Positions 37,423 to 46,690 of a stretch of 64,000 nt of DNA are shown here, piece by piece. How positions within the stretch are numbered: the first letter of the stretch is position 1; each line of letters opens with the position of its first letter. The position numbers and the translations under genes were made by a program. Location of the stretch: the IMG/VR virus record IMGVR_UViG_3300037313_001331; one strand, given 5' to 3'. This stretch comes from a virus (Duplodnaviria > Heunggongvirae > Uroviricota > Caudoviricetes). The notes below the pieces were generated by a model, which worked only from the letters and a program-made list of their open reading frames with translations, did not search any database and was not told where the DNA came from.

Positions 37423-37716
37423 GCTCCGACCTTTCGCTTGCCGGCTTCCAGCCAGCGCATGGAGACGTAGTGCATGGACACCGATCCGGTGACCGTGCCT
37501 GCGATGTAGATGGCGCCCAGACCAGCCAGCTCCAGCAGGGTGCGGCCCTGCATGGTCACCAGCCCGATCAGAAGGATGTTCGTGACGAAGAAGATGCCGT
37601 TGCTACAGACAGACGCCGCGGCGTGGTAGGTGAGACTGCCTGAGTTGCGAGCGCGACTGACCCACGTGAACGCGGCACTCTGCAGAACCAGCAGGAGGAA
37701 CCAGGCAAACAGCATC
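37419..37716 (-). CDS. membrane protein
   Basis: internal ATG (MLFAWFLLL...); hydrophobic. Confidence 0.4.
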
Positions 37717-37930
37717 ACCAGGCTCCAAACCAGCGGCCAACGCCATGAACGATGCCGATGGGGAAGAAGATCGCGCCGGCGACTAGAAAGCCCCACATGC
37801 CCGCCTTGAAGCAGATGACCAGGTGCGTGAGCCAGCCGCCCAGAATCGCGATCAGCAGGCAGACCGGCAGCACGAGGGCACCCACGCCGCCCAGGAGGGC
37901 GCCAATGAAGCGAAGAACGGAGCCGGTCAT
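37715..37930 (-). CDS. small membrane protein
   Basis: internal ATG (MTGSVLRF...); two TM-like segments. Confidence 0.4.
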   Translation of the reverse strand: MTGSVLRFIGALLGGVGALVLPVCLLIAILGGWLTHLVICFKAGMWGFLVAGAIFFPIGIVHGVGRWFGAW

Positions 37931-38415
37931 CGCTGCACCGCCTGACGAGAGACCTTGCTGCTCGGGCCGCCGGTGCGAACCGCGGGCTTGAGGCCGTCCT
38001 GCTCCGCCTCCTTGACCACCTTGAGACGCACGCCATCGACGAACTGCGGGTCGGGGTTGGCGTCGAACATCGCCGTCTTCTTCTTGGGGATCACGTCGTA
38101 GTAGACGCAACCGTTGAGGAACGTGGCGCGGGCGGTGGCAACACCTTCGAGGCCCGTGACGGTATCGCGCACCTTCGAGCCCAGCGGGATGGGGGCGGCT
38201 GTCGCCTTCGTCGCGCGGGCTGACACGCCGGCGTCAACGAAGTTCAGCATGTGGGCGTCGATGTACTGCGCCTCGGGCATCACGTTCTCGCCCTCCTTGT
38301 TGCGGGGCTGCACGGCGTACTGAATGTTGCCGCTGAGCATGTCCCGGCGCTGAATCGCGATGCCGCGAAAGCCGGTGACGGCGTCTTCCACCGTCGATCC
38401 AAGGTCAAAGTTCAT
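37927..38415 (-). CDS. tandem-repeat protein (two ~70-aa repeats)
   Basis: repeat GxxVxDxVTGxxGxAxxR...GxxxY twice; ATG 14 nt after the tRNA 3' end with AAAGGA SD between. Confidence 0.5.
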   Translation of the reverse strand: MNFDLGSTVEDAVTGFRGIAIQRRDMLSGNIQYAVQPRNKEGENVMPEAQYIDAHMLNFVDAGVSARATKATAAPIPLGSKVRDTVTGLEGVATARATFLNGCVYYDVIPKKKTAMFDANPDPQFVDGVRLKVVKEAEQDGLKPAVRTGGPSSKVSRQAVQR

Positions 38416-38429
38416 GGGGTCCTTTCGAT

Positions 38430-38507
38430 TGGGGACGGCGGCAGGACTCGAACCTGCGACCAAGTGCCTGTTCGGCACGATTGCTCTACCGCTGAGCTAC
38501 GCCGTCC
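38430..38507 (-). tRNA. tRNA-like gene, His-type acceptor (G-1:C73, encoded CCA) but non-canonical anticodon arm
   Basis: canonical D arm and T arm, 7-bp acceptor plus extra 5' G; anticodon region GTGCC-GAACA-GGCAC has a 5-nt loop or G33. Confidence 0.55.
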
Positions 38508-38689
38508 GTTGAAGGGAGCACCAGGCGGATTCGACCCCGCGGCGTCAGAACCGTGAGAGCGGAGGAACTGAATCTCCGGGTGCATGGTTCCGCTTGACTA
38601 GCCTCGACGCGCTACTTGGTTCACTCAGCCGCCGTCTGTCAACCGACGGCGTCACTACTGCTTTCGCGCTCGACTGGCACCTTGATCTG

Positions 38690-39157
38690 TCAGTTGAGTT
38701 CGGGGTCGTCGTCCTCGTCCGTGTCGAGGAAGGACACGCCCTCGATCACGACCGGCTTGTCCTTCTGCGGCAGCGCCGATTGCAGGATCACAGCTGCAGC
38801 GCTGGGGGCCGTTGCCGGGGCCACCTTCTTCGTGCCCTTGTCGGACCGGGGCTTGCGCGTCGCCGGCTGGCTACGGATGCGCACTTCCTGCTTGTAGCAG
38901 GCCATGATCGCGGCGCGGTTGACGAACAGGAATTCGCCCAGCGTGGCCTCGGTGACGACGGGATTGCCACGGTCGTCCAGCGTCACGCCCGGCAGGTCTT
39001 CGTCGATGAGTGCAAGGGCATTCAGCGCCTCGCGGACCTTCACGTTCTGCATGTGCTCGGTCGCGGCCTTCAGCGTCGCGTGCGTGGTGCCGTCCTTCGC
39101 GCGGAACCCGCTGAACTTCTCGATGTCGGCGGTGATCGCCTTCTTGGTCTCTGCCAT
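38690..39157 (-). CDS. hypothetical protein
   Basis: 155-aa ORF, acidic C-terminus. Confidence 0.5.
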   Translation of the reverse strand: MAETKKAITADIEKFSGFRAKDGTTHATLKAATEHMQNVKVREALNALALIDEDLPGVTLDDRGNPVVTEATLGEFLFVNRAAIMACYKQEVRIRSQPATRKPRSDKGTKKVAPATAPSAAAVILQSALPQKDKPVVIEGVSFLDTDEDDDPELN

Positions 39158-39372
39158 GTGTTCTCCTGTTGCAAAGGGAAGCGGGCGTCCGGATGGCTCT
39201 GTGCTTTCCCGGTCCTCATCGGTCGCCTCGCCCGCTTTCGTTTGCAGGGGCCGGAGCCCCTGGGATCAGGCCTTGCGCTTGCGCCACCAGACCTTCACGG
39301 TGGCCACTCCCACCACACCCACGATGACGCCGAAGACGAAGGTCTCGGCGATGTTCGAGAACGTGCAAGCGA

Positions 39373-39564
39373 TCATTGGCCGCGCCCCTGTTCGTTCGAC
39401 TTGTCGACCCGGGCCTGCGAGCCGTAGCTCTCGTCGTACCGTCCGCCCTCCTCACGCCCGGCACGCTTGTCGAGGATGTGCGCGATCCACATCAGGCCCG
39501 CGATACCGACGACAACGCCCGTGACGAAGAAGCCCGCGGCGGTGGACCAATCGATGGGGCTCAT
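39373..39564 (-). CDS. small membrane protein
   Basis: one TM segment; ATGA overlap. Confidence 0.45.
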   Translation of the reverse strand: MSPIDWSTAAGFFVTGVVVGIAGLMWIAHILDKRAGREEGGRYDESYGSQARVDKSNEQGRGQ

Positions 39565-40085
39565 CGACGACCACCCACGCTGATGGACGGCTTGGAGAAC
39601 GAAGTCGTCGTGCTGCTGTAGCCGGTGGTGCGCGAGCTGAAGCTGCCGGTGTTCGTGGTGGGCGTCGGCGCCTTGAACGTGCTCGGCGAGGTCGTCACCG
39701 GTGCCGGAGCGGGCTTCGGCGGCTGCGGGATGGGCGCTGCTGCCGTCTGTTGCACGGGTGCCGGCGCACGTTCGCGGATGATCGTCGTGCGCTCACGGAT
39801 GATCTGCCGCTGCGGCGCGACCTGGACCTGCTGCTGGTTGGCGCTGTGCTGGCCGGCCATGTATCCGATGGCACCGGCAGCCAGCGCACCGCCCCAGCCC
39901 GGGCCGTTGTCGGCCTGCTGGACCACAACGGGCGCGGCCCCTGCAGGTTGGGCTGCCACGGGTGCCTGGTACTGGGGCTGCTCGTAGCTCGCACCGCGGG
40001 GTGCCTCGTGGCAACCGACCGTGAGCGCCGTCACGATCAGGAGCGCCGCTGCACCGCCGTAGATGAATTGAAGTCGTCGTTCCAC
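39561..40085 (-). CDS. Pro/Thr/Ala-rich lipoprotein
   Basis: GTG after AGGAG; LTVGC lipobox; low-complexity PAPV tail. Confidence 0.5.
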   Translation of the reverse strand: MERRLQFIYGGAAALLIVTALTVGCHEAPRGASYEQPQYQAPVAAQPAGAAPVVVQQADNGPGWGGALAAGAIGYMAGQHSANQQQVQVAPQRQIIRERTTIIRERAPAPVQQTAAAPIPQPPKPAPAPVTTSPSTFKAPTPTTNTGSFSSRTTGYSSTTTSFSKPSISVGGRR

Positions 40086-40238
40086 TTGTTCTCCTCTGAA
40101 AATGTCCCTGAACCTGAATCGTCGGGGCTCCCCGTTGGCAACGGTGAGTCACCACTGAGTGCACCGCTGGTGCGCCTTGGGACGCTCCAGAGATTGATGG
40201 GCGGGAGCGTGAACCCCTCCCATTCAATCGCACAGTTA

Positions 40239-40274
40239 CTCAGCACTGACTTAGTCGTTTGCATTATAGGGAGC
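40239..40274 (-). promoter_or_regulatory. conserved -10-like box plus class A box variant
   Basis: minus strand GGGGCTCCCTATAATGC-N10-GTCAGTGCTGAG. Confidence 0.45.
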
Positions 40275-40286
40275 CCCTAGGGCGCT

Positions 40287-42554
40287 CTACGCGACCTTGC
40301 TGAAGGAGTAGTCGATGGGGCACGCGCCGGCAGAGCAGTCCAGGTGCTCGAAGCCGATGTCCTGGCTGATCGAGTCATCCTTGATGGCAGCCAGGATCTC
40401 CTGGAAGCGCTCACGGCTGACCGGCTCTTCGGGCTGGTACTCGTAGGCGGTCGTGTCTGCCTGGGGCATCACGGAGCAGCACTTGATCGTCGACTGGCCG
40501 TCCAGCAGCGTCTGCCGGAAGTGCGGATAGTTCACGGTCTTCGGGTCGTACTTCAGCGTGTAGGAGACCTGGTTGCCGAAGTCGTGCTTCTCGCCGGTGG
40601 TGTCGTCGTAGCCGTCGATCCACCACTTCTCCATCAGCTGCAGGAACTTGTACTGCTCTTCGGGCGTCGCCTCGGCCGCGGTCACCAGCGCGTCGCCCAT
40701 GCCCAGTGTGACGATCTCGGGGACGGTTGGGAAGCCCACGATGGTCGTTCCGCTGTACTGCTTCAGCTCGCGCACCGGGTAGCCCTTGGCGCGGTACTGC
40801 TCGATCAGCGGGTCATCGTTGCGGAACTGCACCCAGCGCAGGTACTCACGCATCGACGGAAGGTGCGCGCCCTCGGTGAGGCCGAACAGCTTGCTCGTGG
40901 TGCCGGCGGGCTTCATCGTCGTCACGGTGTGCGGCATGGCCACGCCCAGCTTCTCGCTGTAGCGGCGGGCTTCGTCGACGCAGGCCCGGCTGAAGCGGCC
41001 CAGCGTGCGCCACATCTTGATGGACTTGTGCTCGTTGACGATGTCCTTCCAGCCGAAGCCGAAGCGAGCCCAGATCCACTCATGCAGGCCAGTGATACCC
41101 ACGCCGATGCGGTTCGTGCGGCGAACTTCCTTGCCGTAGAGGCAGTCCATCGTGTTGACGCGAATCAGCGCCCGGGTGGCAGTGCGGAATGCGTCCTCGG
41201 CGTCACGGTCCCAGGCAGTGGCCGTCTCTTCGTCGGCGAAGTTGAAACCACGGATGTAGGAGGCGGCGTGATACGGCACCACGTCCGCGATGACGCAGTA
41301 GCCACCCAGCATGCCCAGGCTGATCTCGCCGCACGGGTTGGTGATCTGAGTGAACTCCTTCTTCGCGAAGATGGCCGCCAGCTCGGCCGTCATGTGCTTC
41401 GTCTCGGGGTCCAGCTTCATCCGCTCGGACTCGGCGTAGTCACCATCGAACAGCGCGGCGATGCCGTCCTGCTTCTGGGTCAGGCGCTCCACATTGATCA
41501 GGCCAGGCTCACCGGTGCCATCGTGGTAGCTGGCGCTGCAGACGGCCTCGTAGACCTGCTTGGCGTGCAGGGCAAACAGCAGCGTGCCTTGCGACTCGAA
41601 AGCAAGGTCATCTTGACCAGCGCGCACCAGCTTCCAGAACTCCTCGTCCACGGTGACGGAGTTGTTCGAGGACCAGAGCACCCCGCCCTTCTTGACCGAA
41701 ACGAAGTCGGCGATGTTGGCGTCACGCCAGGTCTTGGTGGCCATGCGAGCGGCCCGGCGGGCACCACCCACCAACACGCACTCGGCCAGGTAGTGGTCGG
41801 CGTACATGGTGGCCTTCCAGGGCTCCATGCCGCTGCCCTTCAGCTGGGCGATCTTGGTGATGGCGTCCATGAGCGGCGCCGGCCCGGAGGCGGGACGACC
41901 CTGCATGCCCATGATGGGGGCACCACGGTGGCGCACGCCGCTGAAGTCGAGGATCAGGACGTGGTTGGACCAGCGGCGCTCCCAGGTCATGCGCTCGATC
42001 TGCTCCACTGCCTTGGCCCAGCCCTCGCGGCTGTCGGGCACCTCGTAGACGACCTGGGGGAAGCCGACGAAGGTGTGGGGCGTGACGTAGTCGGTGCTGA
42101 CGTACCCGTCGCGCACGTCCGGGTGGTCGCCGCGAATCACACACTGCACGAACGGCATGTCGCGCGACCAGTTGACGACCATCATGTCGTCGTCGTAGGC
42201 GCGGCCGACGCCTGAGCCATTCAGCAGAAGGTAGAACAGCAGGAAGCTCGACGCGGCGGTCGAGCAGTTGGTGAAGACCTCCTGATTGCGGCTGGGCTGG
42301 TTCTCGTCGCCGTGCTGGAGGTGACGACCCGACATCAGCAGCGAAGCCTGTCGCAGGTGATGGTGCAGCGGCTCGAACTCGAAGCCGGCAGTCTCGGGGT
42401 GGAGGGACGAGTTGCCGATGGCAACCCGCAGGGCTACGTCGCTCCACACTTCGACGCTGCCGTCGGACTTCTTGCGGTTGATGGTACGGTCTGCGACTGC
42501 TTCGCCGATGCCGGAGGCGTAGCTGCGCGCTGGTGTGGACCAGCTGGAATTCAT
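40287..42554 (-). CDS. ribonucleotide reductase, class II-like
   Basis: 755 aa; TNCSTAASSF, LLLNGSGVG and NPCGEISL active-site motifs; AAGGAG SD. Confidence 0.85.
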   Translation of the reverse strand: MNSSWSTPARSYASGIGEAVADRTINRKKSDGSVEVWSDVALRVAIGNSSLHPETAGFEFEPLHHHLRQASLLMSGRHLQHGDENQPSRNQEVFTNCSTAASSFLLFYLLLNGSGVGRAYDDDMMVVNWSRDMPFVQCVIRGDHPDVRDGYVSTDYVTPHTFVGFPQVVYEVPDSREGWAKAVEQIERMTWERRWSNHVLILDFSGVRHRGAPIMGMQGRPASGPAPLMDAITKIAQLKGSGMEPWKATMYADHYLAECVLVGGARRAARMATKTWRDANIADFVSVKKGGVLWSSNNSVTVDEEFWKLVRAGQDDLAFESQGTLLFALHAKQVYEAVCSASYHDGTGEPGLINVERLTQKQDGIAALFDGDYAESERMKLDPETKHMTAELAAIFAKKEFTQITNPCGEISLGMLGGYCVIADVVPYHAASYIRGFNFADEETATAWDRDAEDAFRTATRALIRVNTMDCLYGKEVRRTNRIGVGITGLHEWIWARFGFGWKDIVNEHKSIKMWRTLGRFSRACVDEARRYSEKLGVAMPHTVTTMKPAGTTSKLFGLTEGAHLPSMREYLRWVQFRNDDPLIEQYRAKGYPVRELKQYSGTTIVGFPTVPEIVTLGMGDALVTAAEATPEEQYKFLQLMEKWWIDGYDDTTGEKHDFGNQVSYTLKYDPKTVNYPHFRQTLLDGQSTIKCCSVMPQADTTAYEYQPEEPVSRERFQEILAAIKDDSISQDIGFEHLDCSAGACPIDYSFSKVA

Positions 42555-42602
42555 TGGGGCTCCTTATAGGTGTTTTGAATCGGGGACGGCGAGTCTACGT
42601 GA

Positions 42603-42614
42603 CTCAGTGCTGAC
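42603..42614. promoter_or_regulatory. class A box (variant) upstream of the RNR gene
   Basis: CTCAGTGCTGAC about 50 nt before the RNR ATG. Confidence 0.45.
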
Positions 42615-42634
42615 CCACAATGTAAGTGGATCAG

Positions 42635-42901
42635 CTACCACGAACCACAGCGAACATCACCGTCTTTCACTGTAGAGATCGCGATGGGTTCGGACTTGAC
42701 AGGCTCCGGCGGCGTGGGCTGGACGATAGGGCCGAGACGCATCGTGTTGTGAATGCCTTGCGTGTGCAGCCTGTTCAACTGCTCCATGACACGCCTGGGA
42801 TCACCGATAGGCGTTGCCTCGATCACGATCTGCACCGAGTCGCGATCCATTGCGTGCCGGAAGTCGATGCGACTGACGTACAGGTCGATACCCTGGCTCA
42901 T
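42635..42901 (-). CDS. hypothetical protein
   Basis: internal ATG (MSQGIDLY...); its 3' end carries a degenerate class B copy. Confidence 0.45.
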   Translation of the reverse strand: MSQGIDLYVSRIDFRHAMDRDSVQIVIEATPIGDPRRVMEQLNRLHTQGIHNTMRLGPIVQPTPPEPVKSEPIAISTVKDGDVRCGSW

Positions 42902-42902
42902 G

Positions 42903-43124
42903 TCAGCGTCCGAAGAAGTCGATGGGCGGGTCCGAGTCGGTCTGCACTGCCTTCTCCGGCAGGCGATAGCACCACACCGGGCAGTACTCGCCCCGCAGCT
43001 GACGCTCGACGGTTTCAAGCCACACGATCACGCCATCACCGACGCTGATCGGGTGCCACGCAAACCAACGGTGCCAACCCCGGTTGCGCTTGCGGCGCAG
43101 ACCCGCATAGATGTCGATCTTCAC
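42903..43124 (-). CDS. hypothetical protein
   Basis: 73-aa ORF. Confidence 0.4.
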   Translation of the reverse strand: MKIDIYAGLRRKRNRGWHRWFAWHPISVGDGVIVWLETVERQLRGEYCPVWCYRLPEKAVQTDSDPPIDFFGR

Positions 43125-43321
43125 GACATGAACTCCTCAAGGCTGAGCGTGCGCTTCCAGCCGTGGCCGCCATCGTGAAACACATCAACGACAGCATGCG
43201 GCAGCTCCTTGCCCTGTTCCTGCTGTTGCTTGATCCAGCTTTGCGCCTCATGCTTGACAGTGAACGGCATGAGCAAGTCGCTCCACCACCGGACGACGTA
43301 GATGTAGGTTGCGCGAGCCAT
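43121..43321 (-). CDS. hypothetical protein
   Basis: ATGA overlap. Confidence 0.4.
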   Translation of the reverse strand: MARATYIYVVRWWSDLLMPFTVKHEAQSWIKQQQEQGKELPHAVVDVFHDGGHGWKRTLSLEEFMS

Positions 43322-43770
43322 CAGTGTTCCTCCGCCAGCAGCGCCTCGACGCGCTTGAAGGCAAGCATGTAGCGCTGCATGCGCGCCACGTCCTTTTCTG
43401 TCACGCCCTTGAGCCGCGTCAGGTCCGAGTTGTCCCGGAGGTCCTCACGCTTCACTAGCAGGGCGTCACGATTGAACGCGAGCCGCTCGATGAACTCCTC
43501 GTAGGTCTCGCCGCTCTGCCGCGTCAGTGCGCGCACGCCGCTGATGACCCGCTCGGTCATGCCAATGGCGCGGAGGTCTCCGAACGACACCTTGCAGTCC
43601 TCGACCACGTCGTGCAACACGCAGATGGCCATCAGCTCCTCGTCCGACGTGCGCAGGCGCATCATCATGCGTAGCGGGTGCAGGATGTAGGCATTGCCTC
43701 CCTTGTCGGCCTGGTCAACATGCTTCGCAGCCGCGAAGGCGATGGCCGTTGCGAGAATGCTGATGCTCAT
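43321..43770 (-). CDS. small HD-domain hydrolase resembling a (p)ppGpp hydrolase
   Basis: HPL...HDVVED HD motifs in 149 aa, like the RelA/SpoT hydrolase half. Confidence 0.55.
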   Translation of the reverse strand: MSISILATAIAFAAAKHVDQADKGGNAYILHPLRMMMRLRTSDEELMAICVLHDVVEDCKVSFGDLRAIGMTERVISGVRALTRQSGETYEEFIERLAFNRDALLVKREDLRDNSDLTRLKGVTEKDVARMQRYMLAFKRVEALLAEEH

Positions 43771-44357
43771 GCGGCAACCGGGGTTGCGGCACGCATCAGC
43801 GCAATGGCCTTCTGGAACTCCTCGGTCTTCACGCCGGCCGCGACCGCGGCGCAGGCGTCAGCCAGGTGCTCGTTCGCCGCGAGAAGCGTCACCTTGCCCT
43901 TCACGGTCCGAGTGAGCCAGCCCGCGTTCGGCCAGCGGGCCACCGCCCACTCGATGACCTCTTCCTTCGCCGCGTGCTTGTGCCCCACGCTCGCCAGCTT
44001 CACCTCGGTGGGGTTCACCTCGATGAGCGGGACCGGCAGCCCCGCAAGCAGCATGATCGACATCCCATTGCCCAGGCTGCCCCGGGCGCTCTGGGTGCCC
44101 GTGGGCACTTCCCCGACAGCCATGCCGGCACCCGACCAGCTCATGAACTCGGCCAGGCCGGCGCGCAGCTCCTTCGCTCGGCGGAGATCGTCGCTGGACT
44201 TGCGCACGACCTTCGCCTCCGCCTTCTTGGCGCCCTCGGTGCTAACCAGCTTCACGTGGGTGATGGCCCAGCTGCCAGTCAGCAGGTCGAACTCGGCCCG
44301 GGCCAAGCCCAGGTTCGACATGGCCGGGTCGAGCCCGGCGAGGATCAGCTTGCTCAT
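43767..44357 (-). CDS. RuvC-like Holliday junction resolvase
   Basis: ILAGLDPAMSNLGLA RuvC/YqgF-like start; internal ATG at 44357. Confidence 0.55.
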   Translation of the reverse strand: MSKLILAGLDPAMSNLGLARAEFDLLTGSWAITHVKLVSTEGAKKAEAKVVRKSSDDLRRAKELRAGLAEFMSWSGAGMAVGEVPTGTQSARGSLGNGMSIMLLAGLPVPLIEVNPTEVKLASVGHKHAAKEEVIEWAVARWPNAGWLTRTVKGKVTLLAANEHLADACAAVAAGVKTEEFQKAIALMRAATPVAA

Positions 44358-44671
44358 GCGGTGACCTGCTCCGTGTGTTCGATTTCCGGGGTGCTCCGCA
44401 GCTGGTACAGGGCCTCTTCGAGCGCGGCCACCCGCTTCTCGCGGCGGGCGCGCACGTCGGCGACGGCCTCCTCCTTGGTGAGGAAGGCGTCCTTGCCGAT
44501 CACCAGGTTCTCCCAGTGACTGCTGCCCTCGGGACTGAACTGGATGTTGCGCCGCCCGCGGCTCCAGCCCCCGATGGTGATCTTCCCTTCGACCAGGCGG
44601 ACCTGGTAGTCGTACTTCGTGACCCATGCCTGGCACAGGTCACCGGTCTTCAGCTCTTTCGGATTCGTCAT
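44354..44671 (-). CDS. hypothetical protein
   Basis: 105-aa ORF. Confidence 0.45.
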   Translation of the reverse strand: MTNPKELKTGDLCQAWVTKYDYQVRLVEGKITIGGWSRGRRNIQFSPEGSSHWENLVIGKDAFLTKEEAVADVRARREKRVAALEEALYQLRSTPEIEHTEQVTA

Positions 44672-44674
44672 GAA

Positions 44675-45058
44675 TTACTCCTGCGCCGGGATGCCGGCCA
44701 ACTGTCGCGTTTCTTGGTAAGCGCCGACCCATTCGGCGTCGCTATAGAAGCCACACCCGTACCGGTCATCAGCGGCGTGCATGCGTTTCGTCGCCTCCCA
44801 CAGCTGCACAAGCTCGGCGTACGACGGAGGCTTCGCCGGCTCAGCCGTCACCAGGCGTTTTGCGATCTCCGCCCTGATGACGGTGTGCATGGAGCCGGCC
44901 GGCGAATCATCCAGCACCTTCCGCACCCACTTCGTCCACCGCAGGCCCTCACCGTTGGCGATCCATTCGATGGCTCGCCACGTGGCATGGTCAAACCGCA
45001 GCGATGTGCGCTGTCCGTCGGTGAGAGCCAGCGTTCGGGTTTGGTGAACCTCACTCAT
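44675..45058 (-). CDS. hypothetical protein
   Basis: 127-aa ORF. Confidence 0.45.
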   Translation of the reverse strand: MSEVHQTRTLALTDGQRTSLRFDHATWRAIEWIANGEGLRWTKWVRKVLDDSPAGSMHTVIRAEIAKRLVTAEPAKPPSYAELVQLWEATKRMHAADDRYGCGFYSDAEWVGAYQETRQLAGIPAQE

Positions 45059-45061
45059 CGG

Positions 45062-46669
45062 TCAATCCCAGCGGTCCAAGTTGTAGGTGGTCACGGTGCC
45101 GTTGGCGGTCGTCACGCGCACCTTCTGGTTCCAGGTGTTGTGCGACTCCAGCTTCAGCCCGGCGGCGCTGCCCGCGTCTTTGCCTTCTAGCGACTTGGAC
45201 CAGGAGTGAGCCTCAACCGTGGCACGAACCGCGTGCAGCTCGCTCTTCAGTTGCTCCGGGAACAAGCACAGCGACCGGCCGGAGGAATCGTTCGCCCCCT
45301 TCAGCAGCAGGAACACCGACTTGCCATGGTGGGAGAACTTGTCCTCGCCACCCCACAAGTTCGGCTGCAGCGCGATGGCCGTGCACTCCACCATCGCGTG
45401 AGCGGAAAGGCCCCAGCTGCTCGCCGGCGAGCCACCGCTGTACAGGTACCACGTGACGGGGTTGCGGGCCTCGGGCAGGTCCCACTGGATGATGGGCGGC
45501 GCGTCCATGTCGGCCGCGGTCACCAGCTGGGCAAAGTTGCCGCGGGAAGGCACCTCCACCTCGATCTTCTTGGCATCCGGCAGCACCGTGCGGCGGAACT
45601 TGTCCCAGGTCATCGTCTGGACGCCCGGGATCACCATGCCGGGCGCCGGCTTGGCCTTCAGGTGCCCGAACACTGTGCCCGAGGCATCGAAGTGCTGGGG
45701 CGGCACCGTGGGCTTCCACAGGGCGGTCACGTCCTCCAGGCGGGCGTAGCGACGGCGCAGCGAGGGGGCGATGCCCAACTTCTCGACCAGCTTCTCGGCC
45801 TGCTCGATGTTGCCCGCCTTCGGGGGCGCAGTCGGGCGCTGGTACTCCAGCGGGTGCATCTTCGCGGCGAACGCGCGACGCACCTCCTCGATGGGCTTAC
45901 CCGCTGCCAGGTCGTCCAGCAGCGTCCCGATCATCGAACTGCGAACGTGGCAGAAGCCCGCCGGCGCGGTTGCGACGGCCAGCCAGGTGCCGGCACGTTC
46001 GTGCGCTGGCGACCAGGCGTGCTTGCGAGCCATGTGCAGCGCGTACAGCCATTCAGCGACGCCCAGCACCTTCTCGGAGCGGTACAAGGTTTCGGACTTC
46101 AGCAGCGTCACCGCGGCATTGATGGTGGCTTCGTTGTAGTCGGCCAGCGCACGGTTGAGCATGCCGTAGTCCTCGCGCTTCTCCGCCATGACCTGGCCCG
46201 GGGTCTTCACCCGGTCCTTGTGAATCATGGCCTTGGGCGGCGTCACCGACAGGTGATGCCAGTCGCCGGTCACCGCGGTACCCCACGTGCGGGCGTTCGA
46301 CAGGAACACGCCGGTCACCAGCGAACGCTCCACCTTGAGCTTCAGCGCAGCCACCGCATCGCGGTAGAGGGCGGGCGCGTCGAAGTCCCACAGGATCGAA
46401 TGGGTGCCGCCGTTCTCGTCGATGGTGACCAGGCCGCCGTAGGTGTTGACGAACTGACGGCAGCAGTTGCAGTTGTAGACCTGGCGCACGTCTTCGGGCA
46501 GCCGCTCCAGGAAGTGCTCGTACAGGCCAGGGATGCCGGTGGTGAACACCGGCTTGCCTTCACCCACGTTCGCAGCGAAGCGGGCGCGCATCATGTCGGC
46601 GAAGCGGTCGAATTCATCCTCGTCGTAGGGCTTGCCACCGATGGTGGCCGCGGTCACAGCAGTCTTCAT
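45062..46669 (-). CDS. large protein of unknown function (535 aa)
   Basis: long intact ORF inside the replication block; no motif I recognise. Confidence 0.6.
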   Translation of the reverse strand: MKTAVTAATIGGKPYDEDEFDRFADMMRARFAANVGEGKPVFTTGIPGLYEHFLERLPEDVRQVYNCNCCRQFVNTYGGLVTIDENGGTHSILWDFDAPALYRDAVAALKLKVERSLVTGVFLSNARTWGTAVTGDWHHLSVTPPKAMIHKDRVKTPGQVMAEKREDYGMLNRALADYNEATINAAVTLLKSETLYRSEKVLGVAEWLYALHMARKHAWSPAHERAGTWLAVATAPAGFCHVRSSMIGTLLDDLAAGKPIEEVRRAFAAKMHPLEYQRPTAPPKAGNIEQAEKLVEKLGIAPSLRRRYARLEDVTALWKPTVPPQHFDASGTVFGHLKAKPAPGMVIPGVQTMTWDKFRRTVLPDAKKIEVEVPSRGNFAQLVTAADMDAPPIIQWDLPEARNPVTWYLYSGGSPASSWGLSAHAMVECTAIALQPNLWGGEDKFSHHGKSVFLLLKGANDSSGRSLCLFPEQLKSELHAVRATVEAHSWSKSLEGKDAGSAAGLKLESHNTWNQKVRVTTANGTVTTYNLDRWD

Positions 46670-46690
46670 GTCGAGTCCTTTCAGGTTGAG

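Noticed and set aside
38510-38600. A second complete tRNA upstream of the tRNA-like gene
   Set aside because: Only a T-loop-like fragment (GGTTCGAATCC) with poor stem pairing and no matching acceptor strands. I treat it as a tRNA-derived remnant.
26148-40274. CATTATAGGGAGC copies read as T7/T3-type single-subunit RNAP promoters on the plus strand
   Set aside because: As plus-strand promoters they would fire antisense into blocks whose genes are all on the minus strand, and no single-subunit RNAP gene is visible in the window. Their reverse complement gives a good sigma-70 -10 box (CCCTATAATG) in the sense orientation. I therefore treat the T7 resemblance as probably coincidental, though noted in the findings.
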